This document shows positions 1-10,379 of a stretch of DNA of 64,000 nt, in pieces (positions within the stretch are counted from its first letter, which is position 1; each line of letters begins with the position of its first letter). The stretch is from contig BQFW01000013.1 of NCBI GenBank assembly GCA_020891255.1, positions 1,178,001 to 1,242,000 on the forward strand, in the 5' to 3' direction. Origin of the DNA: Entomortierella parvispora E1425 (Eukaryota; Fungi; Mortierellomycota). Made by a program: the position numbers and the translations under genes. The notes under the pieces are model-generated. The model did no database searches, was not told the origin of the DNA, and saw only the letters and a program-made list of their open reading frames with translations.

Positions 1-1265
1 TCTGGCACATCGATGTCCATTTCCAGTGGCACTCCCAAAGGCTTGATCTTCTCCGCCTGGACCATATCACAGGCGAGTTTCACCAGCAACTGCTTCGCGA
101 TCTTGGGCGTGGCCGCGTAGAGGGGTCCGACTCTGTACGAGGACTCGGCCGGGCGGACACAGGCGTAACCCAGAACGACGGGCAGACCGGACTCGGGGTC
201 CTTTTGATCCTGAGACAGCACTGCGGCCGTGAACCGATGGTACTCTGGATGGTCCGCATGGAACTGAACCCAATCGCGAACAAAGCCCGGTCGCTTCAAT
301 CCAGTGTATTTTTGCTCCATTGGCGACAATTGCGCCCAATCCGCCAATTTCGTCACCGGGGCTGTCGGAGCAAGAGACAAGGGGGCGAGGACAGCCGTTG
401 TGGCGGCCGTGAACGCAGACTCGACCGCGTCCTGGAAATCAGACCCCACCAGGGCATCTGCCTTGAGACCCAAGAAAGACTGATTCCTCTGCTCGTTCTC
501 CTTTTCTGCAGACGTCACATCAGCAGTAGCGGTGGTCGTGGCAGGAGCCTTGGAAGCAGACGCAGTGGCCCCTGCTTTCTCCTCTTGCTTCTTGGCCTCC
601 TCGCGCAGGACCAGTTTGTCACGGACAATCAAATCGACCAAACCTGGAATCTCGTCGCGCGAGATCTTCTCGGCAAGATCCTTTTCCTGCTTATGGACCA
701 AGTCTGATGCGGACCCATGACGACGTTCGTTCAACCATCCAACTTCGGTGAATCCTGAGCGACGGTAATTATCCACCTGGGCCATGACGCCATCCAGTCC
801 AACGCTGGGTCGGATCACGCCGTCCGTTGACGTACTCTGGGCGTGCTTCATCGCGTTCTGGAAGGACTTGAGACCGTAACCCCGACCACGGTGTTCGGGT
901 GCCACGACGTAGAACCCAATCCAGGCTTGCTCCTCTCCGTAGCGAACACCGCTGATCATCGATACAGTCTCGAATTCACCTGGGCTGTCCTTCTTGGGGA
1001 CCTTGCCCATAAAGAAACCCTGGGGATCGGCCTTGAACATGGCCCCAGGGATATCTGCGCCTTTGGCTCCTGGGTTCCATTGCTCGGTCTTTGACCAGTT
1101 AAAGAAGAGCTCTTGGGCTTCTTTATCTGAGCATCGTTGGAAAATGATGTCACTATCCGCGGTAGAGGCGGCAGTGGCGCCGGCCCCTTTAGTGGACGAC
1201 GTAGTGGTAGCGGTGGCGGTTGCCTCGGTCGTAGCAGTGGTAGCTGCAGGAGTGTTTGTCAACAT
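1..1265 (-). CDS. GNAT-family N-acetyltransferase with C-terminal YitH-like domain; intronless, 3' end runs off the window
   Basis: Open minus-strand frame from ATG 1265 to the window edge. It is absent from the ORF track because it has no stop. Translation: MLTNTPAA...WNPGAKGADIPGAMFKADPQGFFMG...ISGVRYGEEQAWIGFYVVAPEHRGRGYG (acetyl-CoA motif A)...VGLDGVMAQVDNYRRSGF...LGYACVRPAESSYRVGPLYAATPKIAKQLL...MDIDVP. Confidence 0.85.
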   Translation of the reverse strand, partial: MLTNTPAATTATTEATATATTTSSTKGAGATAASTADSDIIFQRCSDKEAQELFFNWSKTEQWNPGAKGADIPGAMFKADPQGFFMGKVPKKDSPGEFETVSMISGVRYGEEQAWIGFYVVAPEHRGRGYGLKSFQNAMKHAQSTSTDGVIRPSVGLDGVMAQVDNYRRSGFTEVGWLNERRHGSASDLVHKQEKDLAEKISRDEIPGLVDLIVRDKLVLREEAKKQEEKAGATASASKAPATTTATADVTSAEKENEQRNQSFLGLKADALVGSDFQDAVESAFTAATTAVLAPLSLAPTAPVTKLADWAQLSPMEQKYTGLKRPGFVRDWVQFHADHPEYHRFTAAVLSQDQKDPESGLPVVLGYACVRPAESSYRVGPLYAATPKIAKQLLVKLACDMVQAEKIKPLGVPLEMDIDVP

Positions 1266-2100
1266 CAAAAACTGAGAACAGAAAAAAGAGGATGAGGGGA
1301 AAAAAAAAGACCTTGGCGTCGTTGCAGTCGACGCGTCCAGGTGGTGACAAAAGGAAAAAGTGAAGGAGTGAAAGAAAAAAAAAAGTAAAGTGAAGAAGGG
1401 AAACAAGGAGGAACAAGAGAAAGGAGAGGCTGTTTTTAAAGGAATGTGAATGAGGAAAGAAATGGAAGGAAGGAAAGAAGAGAGACAATGAGCGAGAATG
1501 AGTCAAGGCATGGTGAATGGTGAAAAGCGGAAGGGCACGCAAACGGTGGGAAAAGAAAAGTGAGAAGACCATGACGCGCCGTCCTCTGCTCTGACGAGCG
1601 TGAGTACTTTCGTATGCAACAACAAAAGCGATGATGCGATCCCTGACACAGGTTGTTCCTGCCCCTCACTGCTCACACTGCTGCACTCGCTCCCCCTCGT
1701 ACCCCAGCCCAGTCAATCCTGCATCCTTGGGCCTTCTTTTTTTTTCTATGCTCCTCGTTGCCGAGAAAACTTGAGTTGCGCAGGTCGGAACCAAAAACCC
1801 AGTGTTTCCTTGGGAACGCGTCCTCAACCCCATTGCCCGTCCTTCCTCCCCCTTTTCGTTGCGGCTTTCAACAGTAGTTTGCCTAGACTAACTTAACCCG
1901 CCACCAAGTTATTGGATCTAGAAATTCATCCCACAGAGACATTCCATAGATGGATCTTGTCGATCGCTTTCAGAACTGCCCCATCATATCCTCCCAAAGT
2001 TATAAAGTGTCCACTGTTTTCAACACCGATTTATAAGAGTTTGTGCATTGTAGTTGTAGTAGGGTGTGGGCGGGTTGGTTGTATGTCGGTTGCAATGTCT

Positions 2101-2919
2101 TTACATGGATCCCTTGGTCTCCTCCAAGCGTCTGACGATGAACAAGCTGGTGTCGAGGAAACTAGATATACCGTCAAGTTTAAAATAGTTGGGATGTTTG
2201 TCAGTGCCCATGCTCACACATCTTTCATTTTCTTCAGATCGACGAGTTGCAATCAAGTGAAGCGTTCGCTGGGTTGTCTTACCGATCGACGGTGTTGGCG
2301 AGGCAGGCCTCCTCTGAGCGGTCGAGCTTGTTGCCTACGGAAATAGAGGAAAGAGAAAAGGTACATGGTTAAGACAACAGTACTCTACGGATGGCAGATC
2401 AGGGATCTGCTTTCCGATCCAACGGAACAGTTGAGATGGGATAGTGTTGACAGGCAAGGGGGGTCCACGATGCCTTCCACATAACAAATCAACCGCAGAT
2501 TCGATTCACACTATGCTGTATCGTCCGGTGTATGCCGATCTGGCCCAGTCTATCTCTACAACTTCCGTTAACGCGGATGGGGTTTGCAGGGCGCCGTCAT
2601 GTCCCAGTCTATATTATCCGATTGGCGTGGGCGTTTCTGTTTTCCGCATCCCACTGTATGTTGTCTTTCCCGCATTGAGTCCGCTCCAAAGATTAGGTAT
2701 TGATTGCGAAAAGAACTTGATTCCGAACTGGTGGACAGCACAAAGAGAATGAAATAAAAGAGACACGGGGGCAAGCATACCAATCTTGGTGACACACTTG
2801 TCAAAGGCAAGATCGCAGAAGGTGTGGATGGACTGCTGGAGACGGGCCTTGGCCTGCTCGGCCTCGAGGAACTTGGCGAGCTCACGCTGGGCAGCCTCAT
2901 CGAAATTTGGGTTGGACAT
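2101..2919 (-). CDS. TIM8: Mitochondrial intermembrane-space small Tim chaperone Tim8 (83 aa, 3 exons)
   Basis: Exons 2919-2781, 2334-2283 and 2161-2101 splice in frame (252 nt): MSNPNFDEAAQRELAKFLEAEQAKARLQQSIHTFCDLAFDKCVTKIGNKLDRSEEACLANTVDRFLDTSLFIVRRLEETKGSM. This matches the Tim8 pattern F(L/I)E.E..K..(L/V)Q..IH.F and RFLD. Confidence 0.9.
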
Positions 2920-4118
2920 TGTGGGATATGCGGTAGGAGGGGGATTAGACGGTGTGGGGTGGAAAGAAGAAAAGGAATGCAATGGAATGAATTGGATGTC
3001 TTCAGAGCAACCGGGCTGGCCTGCCGGCTTTCTGGTCTGCCTACCTGCAGTGCGAGTGCAGTGCAGAGAGTGAGTGGTGGCGGAAAAGGGAAATTCGGAC
3101 TGCTTCCTGCAAAGAGGTGTTTTGTGCGTCGCTTGTCGATACGGTGACGTGTCAGGTTGATTTCATGCGCCCATTGTGTCTTCAGAATAAGCCCGAGCAG
3201 AACGCGTCGTTGAAACGCAGAAAGGAGCACTGCTGAAGGGAAGGACAGACAACAAGAGAGCAAGGGGAACGATGAGGAACAGAGAGCTTTGTCTTATTCT
3301 CCTTGCTTTTCTCTCTCTTCCCTTTCTTTCGTTGTTTCTGCGTCTTCTTTTTTTCTTCCGTCTACTTTGATGACAAAGTGCCTCACTCAAGAAAAGAAAC
3401 AAGGGCTCTTGTGTCGTGGCCTCTACTTCTCGCTACTATAGAGACGAGAACGGAGTCACTCAACACACTCACAGGTTGGAAACGGGAACAAATGGTCTTT
3501 TTTCAGATCGCCATCGGCTGTTGTGAGGGGAAGTTGACGTGCGATGCTCCTGTGGTGTGGCGTAATGATACTATTTCTTGCGTCTACCTCACTTTTCACT
3601 CTCTTTCAACCACTCTTGTATCTTTTTTTTTTCAATCGCTGTTTTCTCTCTCTCTCTCCGTCTGCATGGACTGAACGAAACGAAGCAGCACACACAACTT
3701 CGTTGCAGATCTCCACTGAAAGACCCCTAGCGCCTCTCTATAACACTAGGGTTGTTTCAATACGTTCAGCAAACCTGATTACATCTCCTTTATTTCACAC
3801 AACGCCGTCATCTGGACTTCAACGGAAACCCTCATTTCATTAGCCCCTTGGCTTCTCCCTTCTGTCCCCCTCCAGGCCCAAAACTCGTCTTTTCTCCCTG
3901 CATCTATACCTCCCTCACGATATTTCTCCTCCTTGTCAGCCGTTTAAGACCCCGGCACTTTGCAAGGATACAACACTCGCCTTGTCTCCTCACTGGCACC
4001 TCTTTTCTTGTTACACCGTCCTACTGTTCTCGAGATTATACCTCTTTTGGCCATTTTTTTTTCTTGTCGCCCTTCTTCCTTTCAAACCGGCAAGAAAACC
4101 CCCACACACACGCACATC

Positions 4119-4898
4119 ATGTATCTACCACGGCTCCTAGTGAGCAGTGCAACCCTTGTCGTTCTCCTTTCGCTTGCCCACACCCCTGCTTTCGCACTCA
4201 CCGCTAACCAGCGTGAACGACGGGATCTCTTGGGCAGTCTCCTCCCTCTCAACAACAACCCAGCTTCAGGTTCAGCTCCAGCGCCTGCACCGGCGCCTGC
4301 ACCTGCATCGCCGCCTGCTGCGTCGTCAGTTGCCGGTGCAGGAGGATCTCCAACAACCACCACTCCATCCACCGATCCGGTCATTGCTCCCCTGCCAAGT
4401 CTGATTGGAGGTGTTTTGACCCATCCCCCATTGATTGGAGGTGGCAATGGCTCTCCTTCTTCATCCACTGCTGGAGTTACTGTTCCGTCTGCCACTAACC
4501 CTGGCAAGAAGCAACCCACCAATGGAGCCTCTTCCACGACCGGCTCTGATGGAAACGATGGGGACAACAGTGGCAACGACAGTAATGGCAATGCCTCCAA
4601 GTCCGGAGGCAATAACGGAGTCGCCGCTGAAAACCCCTTGTCTCCGGGGGTGATTGTCTTGATTGTTATCATCCTGGTCGCGATCTTGATCGTGATCGTG
4701 TTCAGTACTTATCGCATCCGTCAAGCCCGACAGAGACGTCGTCAACGACAAAGTTGGGACCAAGATATCCTCCGCAACAATGCTGGCAATGTCGGTTATA
4801 GCGAGAGTGCAGGGTATGGCATGTATGTGGGAGGCGGTGGCGGTCCAGAAAAGTCTGATCTCTTCCGAAAGAACCTGGACTTGTTTCATCGCGTATAA
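4119..4898 (+). CDS. Single-pass type I membrane protein with Ser/Thr/Gly/Pro-rich ectodomain (mucin-like, possibly a surface sensor)
   Basis: Signal peptide MYLPRLLVSSATLVVLLSLAHTPAFA, a low-complexity ectodomain, TM helix GVIVLIVIILVAILIVIVFSTY, a basic stop-transfer RIRQARQRRRQR, and a short Tyr-containing tail. Intronless. Confidence 0.8.
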   Translation: MYLPRLLVSSATLVVLLSLAHTPAFALTANQRERRDLLGSLLPLNNNPASGSAPAPAPAPAPASPPAASSVAGAGGSPTTTTPSTDPVIAPLPSLIGGVLTHPPLIGGGNGSPSSSTAGVTVPSATNPGKKQPTNGASSTTGSDGNDGDNSGNDSNGNASKSGGNNGVAAENPLSPGVIVLIVIILVAILIVIVFSTYRIRQARQRRRQRQSWDQDILRNNAGNVGYSESAGYGMYVGGGGGPEKSDLFRKNLDLFHRV

Positions 4899-5240
4899 AA
4901 AAAACACTGAAAAAAAACACCCCCCCCCCCCTACAAAGAGCTGATCTTTTCACGCTCGATGAACCGAATTCATACAAATGACCAATAAACACCATGAGCC
5001 ATGCACTTTTCTGTTCATAAGAGGCGGGTGGTGGGACACGATTCAAAGGCCCCCTAAAAAAATGAGGCGCTAGACTTTTCTTGTGGCTGTAGACATGAAG
5101 CGCAAATGTTTGTTCTTGTTTTATTTCGCCCATGCTAGACTACCAAAGGACACGCTAGATGAATGACAAAACCTAAATTCAATGACAGGGAGGGCGATGA
5201 CGAACAATTATTGTAGGTTTTGAGGTCAAAGACCTTCCTT

Positions 5241-5528
5241 TTAGTACCACCAGCCACTGTAGAAAGGACGGTAGCCATAGCCGTAGCCGTAGCCGTAGAA
5301 GGGGTAACCATATCCCCATCCGCTGTAGCCCCAACCCCACTTGTCGTTATCGCCCTGATCAGGGTTGGCCGCTGTGGAGCCAGAAGGGTCCGAAGGAGCT
5401 GTGCCCCCGGAAACAGCCTGAGTGGAAGGATCATCACGAGCAACGAGCCTGGCATGGGCCTGGGCCTGAAGAATGGCGGCGGTAGCAAGGAGAGCCAGAG
5501 TTGGGATGGTTTTGAACATCGTCTTCAT
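5241..5528 (-). CDS. Small secreted protein (95 aa) with acidic spacer and Gly/Tyr/Trp-rich C-terminal peptide
   Basis: Signal peptide (TLALLATAAILQAQA), then HARLVAR-DDPST...GDNDK, then WGWGYSGWGYGYPFYGYGYGYGYRPFYSGWWY*. The tripartite organisation is unlikely in a chance ORF. Confidence 0.8.
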   Translation of the reverse strand: MKTMFKTIPTLALLATAAILQAQAHARLVARDDPSTQAVSGGTAPSDPSGSTAANPDQGDNDKWGWGYSGWGYGYPFYGYGYGYGYRPFYSGWWY

Positions 5529-6603
5529 TTCAGAAGCTTCGGTAGCAAGAAAAGGTGATTGAGTACTCTTGTAGACCTTGAGCGAATATTTATGCGAGAA
5601 GAAGCTGATGTTCGTGAAGGAAAAGACAAGAGAGATCCGCAGGGGATCAGTGATGATATTCTCCGTCCGATCTCAGATGACTGTGCAGTCCAGGAGGCAT
5701 CCGCCCGGAGATCCGAGTCCCATCAGTCCTTCCGAGACAACCTCGAATTTTCTTGGGAAGGTGTGTGGTATATCCAGTTTGCAGTTGGACCTCGTTCGTG
5801 TGGGTCCCGTCGTTTAGTCGCCCGTGGCATTGACAGGAACGCGTCGAAAAACAGCAGATCTTTTGTCCATGAAAATGACACACGTCTGACGTCAGGGCTG
5901 TGCAATACATCGAAAGTCGGACCATTTGAAGTGCCCTCTCCACAGCCGGCCTTGATCTACAATGGCTAGGGAGGTGAGCAAGGTCATCGGGATAGATCCT
6001 TTTTCAAGGACTAAGAGTCTTCTCGAAGAACTGCGCCTTTTGCTATAATGACCCGATGGAGGGGACAAATGTTCCATGCCAAAGATAAAGAAAGAAGCGA
6101 GGTACCTACGGCAGTTTTTTTATGGCCTCGCAGTACTGAACTGTGAGTTGACGTCCAGTTCGCAAGCCGGTTGCAGCAGGGCAGCAGGATAGCAACCGTA
6201 TTCAGCCCTTCACGGCAGAATCGAATGCAGCAGAGTGCCGAGGGAGCACTACCCTTCAAATAACCCCCGACTCCCCTTTTTTGTCATGGCGTCGAAATTG
6301 AGTCTTGCCAGGACAATGCGCATGGGATGAACTTTTCACTCTTCCTCCCCTTGATTGTGGGGGTTTTTTTTATTTGAATCAGCCCAAGACGACCCAAAGG
6401 TGGCTGAGGCGTATCCGCCTCGTCTTTCTTTTTTCTTGCCGAAGGCACAACTCCTTGCGGAAAGTGGGGTGGGAGAGTGGGAAGCAGTACAAATAGCGAA
6501 GTTACGTCGCTGTGTTGATCACACAGTGCCTGCTTTCATCTCTCTTCCTTTCACTCTTTCCACACTCAATCTAGCAACCTTATACAACATCCCCTTTGAA
6601 GTC

Positions 6604-8774
6604 ATGTCTGTTCCCGTCGACGCAAAAAAGTCAGAGATTCCTGTCCTCATCTCTGGTGCTGGACCCACAGGTCTCTTTGCTGCTTTCCTCCTTGGAAAGA
6701 TGAATATCCCCTACCGTATTATTGAGCGTGATCTGGACTTCTCAATCCTTTCAAAATCCATGTGGTTCCATTCGAGAACGTTGGAGATCTTTCAAATGTC
6801 GGACCCAGAACTGATCCAACAGGCGTTCGAACAGAGGATCCCTACACCTGTCCATCGTTTCTACTATGGAGGCAAGGTTATCCGAGAACTGGATCTGATG
6901 CCCAAGAACAACTCACATTACAAAGACCTCATCCATTTGCAACAGTTCAAACTGATTCGGATCCTTGCTGATGCGATCGATAAGCAAGGAGGTAAAATCG
7001 ATTGGGGATGGGAGTTGGTCGATACAAAAGTGGTCGAGGCTACAACGGAAGACAATGATGAAGGCAGTCGCGAGACGTCTTGGGTGGAGACCACAATCAG
7101 GAGAGCTGTAAACGAGACAAGAGAAGGAAACGGCGTGGACAGCATCCTGGGAATAATCGATCTCGAGGAGGACAAGACAGAGATGCAGTACGAATACGAG
7201 ACTGTAAGGTCACAGTTTTTGATTGGAGCGGACGGGGCGCGCTCGGTTGTCCGGCACAAGATTAACATGCCCTTCCCAGGAAGGACAAGGGACGTTTACA
7301 TGATGGCGTTCGATGGCACTGTGGAATCTGATATACCCCTTGATCATGTTGTCAAGTAAGCGTCCGTTGTCTCTTTAGTTTGTGCCACCATGGTGGAAAC
7401 GGCCACAATGTTGATATCTTTTCCCTTATTTTTTTTTCTAGCTGGATGTACAATGGCTCCTCAGTAGTAACGTTCCCTCAAGGTGGGGACAGGATCATGA
7501 TCGTGGGCGATACAGACCCATTGTCGCCAGAAGAGTTTGAGGCCAAGAAGAACGAGACTCTAACCGTTGAGGTTTTCCAGAAATATCTGGATGAGACTGT
7601 CCATCCACAAAAGTTTACAATCAAGACCGTGAACTGGCTTTCCTACTACCGCGTGAACGAACGTCGAGCCAAAGAGTTTTCGTATAAAGGCCGCATTTTC
7701 TTGGCTGGTGATTCTGCCCATATTCACTCGCCTTCTGGAGGTCAAGGCCTAAACTTGGGACTTCAGGATTCTTACAACCTTGCATGGAGAATCGCCTTGG
7801 TGCTCAAAGGGACAGCCCCGCCTTCGGTCTTGGACACATACAGCGAAGAAAGATCTGTGATCGCAGACCAGGTCATCAAATTGTCGAGCGAGCTGTTGGA
7901 TGAAGATTTCAACTATGGTGGTGTTTTCCAACGAGTAGTCAAACGTATTGTCCTTGCCCTTGCTCCTATTGTCCATCCTCTCATGTCCATCAAGGCTGCC
8001 CCCATGGCCATGGTAAGTTCCAGCTGTCAACTTTTTTTTTTTTTTTTTTTTGACTCCAAATATCCAACTATCAATTGCTTGCTGGCTGTTCTCACTTAGA
8101 TGAACCAACGCTACAGTGAAAACTCGCTGAACAAGAGACACCGGACTCAATGGACCCCATCTGGACAAGGTGCCGTCGGCCGACGCGCCGAGGATGGACA
8201 TCTTGTTGCACTCAATAGTGGTGCCCCTGCAGGCCCTTCCCCTAACAGTCCAAGCACCAGCCAGATCGATAACCGTGCTGCATCAATGGAGAAGACGGAA
8301 ATGGAAACAGTACGACTGCACGAACTCATTGCATACACAGGTGTCTTTCAGGTCGTGGTCTTTACTGGAAATCAATGGAAAGACGACCCCGACGCTGCGG
8401 CAGGCTTATCATCTACCGTGGAGAAGTATCTTGGATTGTGGCGATCAAAATGGTGCATGGCGGACGACAATGATGGAGAGAAACTGACGGCTTTGGAGCG
8501 ACTATTCATGGTCCATACTATTACCACGCTCTCTGCCACCAGTACACCCAACCCACTGACAGGCAAGGATGTGGGCGAAGGAAAAGCGTACACCGATCTT
8601 AAAGGAAAGCTGCATCGTCGTTACAGTGTGGAGACTTCAGTCAAGAAGGGGCGGGCGTTGGGAGGAGCCATCGTGGTGATCCGGCCAGATTCTCACATCG
8701 CCTATCGAGTTCAAGGCGTTGGTGAGAACGCGTGGAGCGATGTGAACGAGTACTTTCAATCGATCTTGGTCTAG
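6604..8774 (+). CDS. FAD-dependent monooxygenase (class A aromatic-ring hydroxylase, phenol hydroxylase-like; 665 aa, 3 exons)
   Basis: Exons 6604-7355, 7442-8012 and 8100-8774 total 1998 nt in frame. Motifs: VLISGAGPTG (GxGxxG), IGADGARS (DG), GRIFLAGDSAHIHSPSGGQGLNLGLQDSYNL (GD), and a C-terminal VVIRPDSHIAY thioredoxin-like tail. Confidence 0.92.
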
Positions 8775-9560
8775 AAGCTAGGGCCCTAGGGGTAATAGCT
8801 TCCATTGTAGGCGAGCAGGTCTGGTGCGTCAGACGGCTGCAGTAGTCATAAGTAATTGGATAATACAAAAGCTATGTACCTGTTTTCCCGCCTTTGTGTA
8901 ATGTTGGATCTGTGATGTTTGCCCGGAGCAGGTAACTCCCTCGAGTGCATATGGTCATTGGTTCCTTATTGAAAATCAATTCCCAACCTGCACCAGAAAG
9001 TGAGCAACAGGATCAAATGCCATTACTGATGCGGGGGCTGGACCGAGCACAGTACCTGTCGTCAGGGCATTCGTAGCCGGGCTTGCTGGGGTGTATGTGG
9101 TGCAGAGCAACCACGACGGGATGATGTGAGCAACTGATGAGGGGCTGGACAAGAATTCAGAGAGGATAGGAGTAGGAAACAATAAGCGAGCACGCTCTAA
9201 TACACTCTATTGCTCACCAATGTTTGTGCGCCCATCACCGAGTGTAGCCCCCGTTTTATTGTTCCTTCCACGCGATTTTGACGCGCGTTCTAGGAAGATG
9301 ACAGGTCCTTTGACTTTGATCCAGTTCAGCCTTCCAAAACGCCAAATCTTTGTTCATCCAAACCTCAAGAACTCGCTTCCAGCCTTTCATCCAACCTATA
9401 TCCAGCCTCTTGCGAATAGGTTTGGTTGAAGCGTATAAAACGAGAAAAGGTCGGTGATGTCCCCTTCTCATCAACAACTCCTCTCAAGACCTCCTCTTCC
9501 ACTTCCACCAACGCTCAATCTACCAAAGAAACCTTCTTCCCGACTTGATTTGCTCCAACC

Positions 9561-9887
9561 ATGACTCGTCTCAACTGCTTTGCCTCGGCTTTTATCCTTG
9601 TCGCTGTCCTGGTTCTGACCACGGCGATCCCGCTGAGCACCCGAGTGAAAATTGTCGCCACCCAAGAGGAATTCGACCGCCTGACGCTGGCCAGCGCTGC
9701 TTGCGATCCAACGCACATGAAGTGTCCCAACCCTTTTGATCCAACTGACGATACTCCGAGCAACCCGCAGTACTGCCAGGTCTGCGTCGTCCCTATTCTG
9801 CCGAACATCCCGCTTATACCTGTGCCTCCACCCAGGCGCCCTGACCCTCTACCATTACCATGCAAAGGCTGCCCCAGCCGTGAGTAA
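9561..9887 (+). CDS. Small secreted cysteine/proline-rich protein (108 aa)
   Basis: Hydrophobic signal peptide (FASAFILVAVLVLTTA). The mature part has 6 Cys, including CQVC and CKGC flanking a Pro-rich linker. The ATG is in a good context (ccaaccATG). Confidence 0.65.
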   Translation: MTRLNCFASAFILVAVLVLTTAIPLSTRVKIVATQEEFDRLTLASAACDPTHMKCPNPFDPTDDTPSNPQYCQVCVVPILPNIPLIPVPPPRRPDPLPLPCKGCPSRE

Positions 9888-10039
9888 AGAGAGGACTCGA
9901 GGGTACGCGCTTGATAGCAAGATCGAAGCGCCCAATGGGGTTTCATGAACTCGAGAAACGCGTTTTTTTGCTCCGAGACAAAAAAAAAAGACAAGACAAG
10001 AACAGAGCGAATGAAAAAATAAAATGACACGTGACCCAA

Positions 10040-10054
10040 ATTCTCGAATCTTCG
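10040..10054. promoter_or_regulatory. Heat-shock element (perfect 3-unit HSE)
   Basis: aTTCtcGAAtcTTCg = nTTCnnGAAnnTTCn, about 95 bp upstream of the HSP70 TATA box. A second partial TTCatGAA lies at 9942-9949. Confidence 0.8.
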
Positions 10055-10146
10055 AGTGTGACCCAGCTGGAGCGAGTTAGTCCGAGTCTGTGCGCGAGGG
10101 TGCTGGGGAGATCTCGCATGGGGATTGGGCGCAGTGTGAGGAGGAG

Positions 10147-10153
10147 TATAAAA
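10147..10153 (+). promoter_or_regulatory. TATA box of HSP70
   Basis: TATAAAA between the HSE and the HSP70 ATG (10380). Confidence 0.7.
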
Positions 10154-10217
10154 GGCGTGCATGAACAGGTGGGAACGCGCCCTTTTTTTTTTTATTTTTT
10201 ATTCACCACTCACTCAA

Positions 10218-10244
10218 TCTCTCTCTCTCTCTCTCTCTCTCTTT

Positions 10245-10288
<44 letters not shown>
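10218..10288. repeat. Compound (TC)n + (CA)20 microsatellite in the HSP70 5' region
   Basis: Directly visible dinucleotide runs. Confidence 0.95.
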
Positions 10289-10291
<3 letters not shown>

Positions 10292-10379
10292 CCACGCATA
10301 TCCTCTCTTCCCGTGCATACTTCCCCCTCCCTCTTCCTGCAAGCAAAGCACCCACTCAAACACACACACATCCACAACC

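Noticed and set aside
5559-5969. 136-aa ORF in the peptide/monooxygenase intergenic region
   Set aside because: Non-ATG start, no recognisable motif, and overlapped by several equally uninformative ORFs on both strands.
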